From contig NC_068984.1 of NCBI RefSeq assembly GCF_001194135.2, forward strand, positions 100,672,040 to 100,709,791: DNA of 37,752 bases. The letters are read 5' to 3'. The notes beneath the pieces are model-generated. The model worked only from the letters and a program-made list of their open reading frames with translations. It was not told where the DNA came from and ran no database searches. Below, one piece after another: positions 36,447 through 37,752 of this stretch (the first letter of the stretch is position 1; every line of letters begins with the position of its first letter). This stretch comes from Octopus bimaculoides (Eukaryota). A program made the position numbers and the translations under genes.

Positions 36447-36893
36447 GTGCACTTTACATCATTTGTTGAGGTTATCTCTACAGATACTCTATAGGAATAA
36501 TGACCAGCACTGATTTTTGTTATGATGTTTCGTATCAGATGCAAAACGTCATTATTTGTTTACAACTTAAGGCGGCGGGCTGGCAGAATCGTTAGCACGC
36601 TGAGCAAAATACTGAGCGATATTTCGTCCGACTTTACGTTCTGAGTTCAAATTCCACCGAGGTCGACTTTCTTTTCATTCTTTCGCAGTCGATAAATTAA
36701 CTACCAGTGAGAGAGTAGGGTCGATGTAGTCGACTAGTCCCCTCCCCACCAAAAAATTTCAGGCCTTGTGCCTTTAGTAGAAAAGATTGTTTGTTTACAT
36801 CTGACGTCTCGGATACGAAACGTCGTAACAAATTTCAATACTGACTATAATTTCTATGGAATATCTGTAGAGATAACCTTGAGTAATGTGCAC
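36447..36893. mobile_element. Fold-back/MITE-like element split by a SINE
   Basis: Arms 36447-36551 and 36803-36893 are imperfect reverse complements (GAGGTTATCTCTACAGATA / TATCTGTAGAGATAACCT; TTGTTATGATGTTTCGTATC / GATACGAAACGTCGTAACAA). Confidence 0.75.
36571..36790 (+). mobile_element. SINE family B, full length
   Basis: GGCGGCGGGCTGGCAGAATCGTTAGC..GAGTTCAAATTCC..GGCCTTGTGCCTTTAGTAGAAAAG. Confidence 0.93.
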
Positions 36894-37086
36894 TCTTTCT
36901 TCCATCCCTACGATGTGCCTAACCCACAACCTTGCAAAGTGGTCCCCTTCACTCAACTCAACAATATGATCCTTCTCCTCCCACTCCTACATTATGTGCC
37001 CCCGCCTTTAATAATGTTTTTCTACATATTCTTTCAGCTATTTAGCTTATTTAAAGCGGACAAAAACTTCAGTGGAAAAACTTATA

Positions 37087-37171
37087 TTTGAAACCGCGAC
37101 CTGTTCACTGACAAAATTCCGTGCTGAGATGCAGCACGGAACTTTGTCAGTGAACAGGTCGCGGTTTCAAA
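37087..37171. repeat. 85-bp near-perfect palindrome (40-bp arms, 5-nt loop, 1 mismatch)
   Basis: TTTGAAACCGCGACCTGTTCACTGACAAAATTCCGTGCTG-AGATG-CAGCACGGAACTTTGTCAGTGAACAGGTCGCGGTTTCAAA. Confidence 0.97.
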
Positions 37172-37554
37172 GTGACGAAAATATTTTGACAAATTAAATT
37201 TAAATGTTGAAGTGAATCTAACAGATTCTGCGTGTTTTTAAATGGCTTATAAACACCTTCCACGCTACAATTGTTTACACACACGCACACACACACACAC
37301 ACACACAAACATATGTAAGCAAAAATGCTAGTTCTAAAATATTTGTAAGAGAGCAACGCAGTAGTTGTACTAACAAGTAATGTTCGTAGCCACTTCAACA
37401 TGGCTGTCAGTTCGAACGGATTTTACTGCGATTTTTGGTTGGTTAACGATGTACAGCTGCATCCGAGATATTATGAGCAGGAGAGCGAACCCCTGCCACC
37501 TTCTAGCGACCGGACCAGCAGACCGACCTGGCTTCAGGCTATTTCTGTATATAC

Positions 37555-37559
<5 letters not shown>

Positions 37560-37589
<30 letters not shown>

Positions 37590-37632
37590 TGTATGTATGT
37601 ATGTATGTATGTATGCATGTATGTATGTATGC
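37560..37632. repeat. (TATG)n microsatellite
   Basis: Directly visible. Confidence 0.95.
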
Positions 37633-37697
37633 ATGCATCTACACGCATGTGCACCAGCATGACCGCAGCCACTTGGCTGAAACACATAAATAAATAA

Positions 37698-37732
<35 letters not shown>

Positions 37733-37752
37733 ACCTCGTGGGCATCGGTACC

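Noticed and set aside
36800-36832. CTGACG..GAAACGTC, hammerhead-like
   Set aside because: The core is incomplete and the sequence is fully explained as the right arm of the fold-back element.

Overview
Repeat-saturated animal genomic DNA from a gapped draft assembly: about 5 kb of N in 15 gaps, four of them 10-N placeholders. Microsatellite density and SINE content suggest an octopus/cephalopod genome (inference, not verified). I can support no intact host gene. The window is a mosaic of decayed mobile elements: a fold-back mariner, two tRNA-derived SINE families (about 15 copies), R4/Dong-like and HERO-like restriction-endonuclease LINEs, L1/Tx1-like and RTE LINE fragments, Penelope-like RT and GIY-YIG fragments, a hAT MITE, a probable solo LTR and two hairpin elements. 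The most interesting signal is absent from the ORF track. Three dispersed loci (about 1.7-2.1, 26.8-27.3 and 34.2-34.8 kb) belong to one non-coding family with a roughly 350-bp unit. Each carries a minimal type I hammerhead-ribozyme fold whose helices differ in sequence between copies but still pair, and each sits in a partial tandem and/or inverted duplication. This resembles a retrozyme or Penelope pseudo-LTR family. All alignments and translations were done by eye, so boundaries are approximate.
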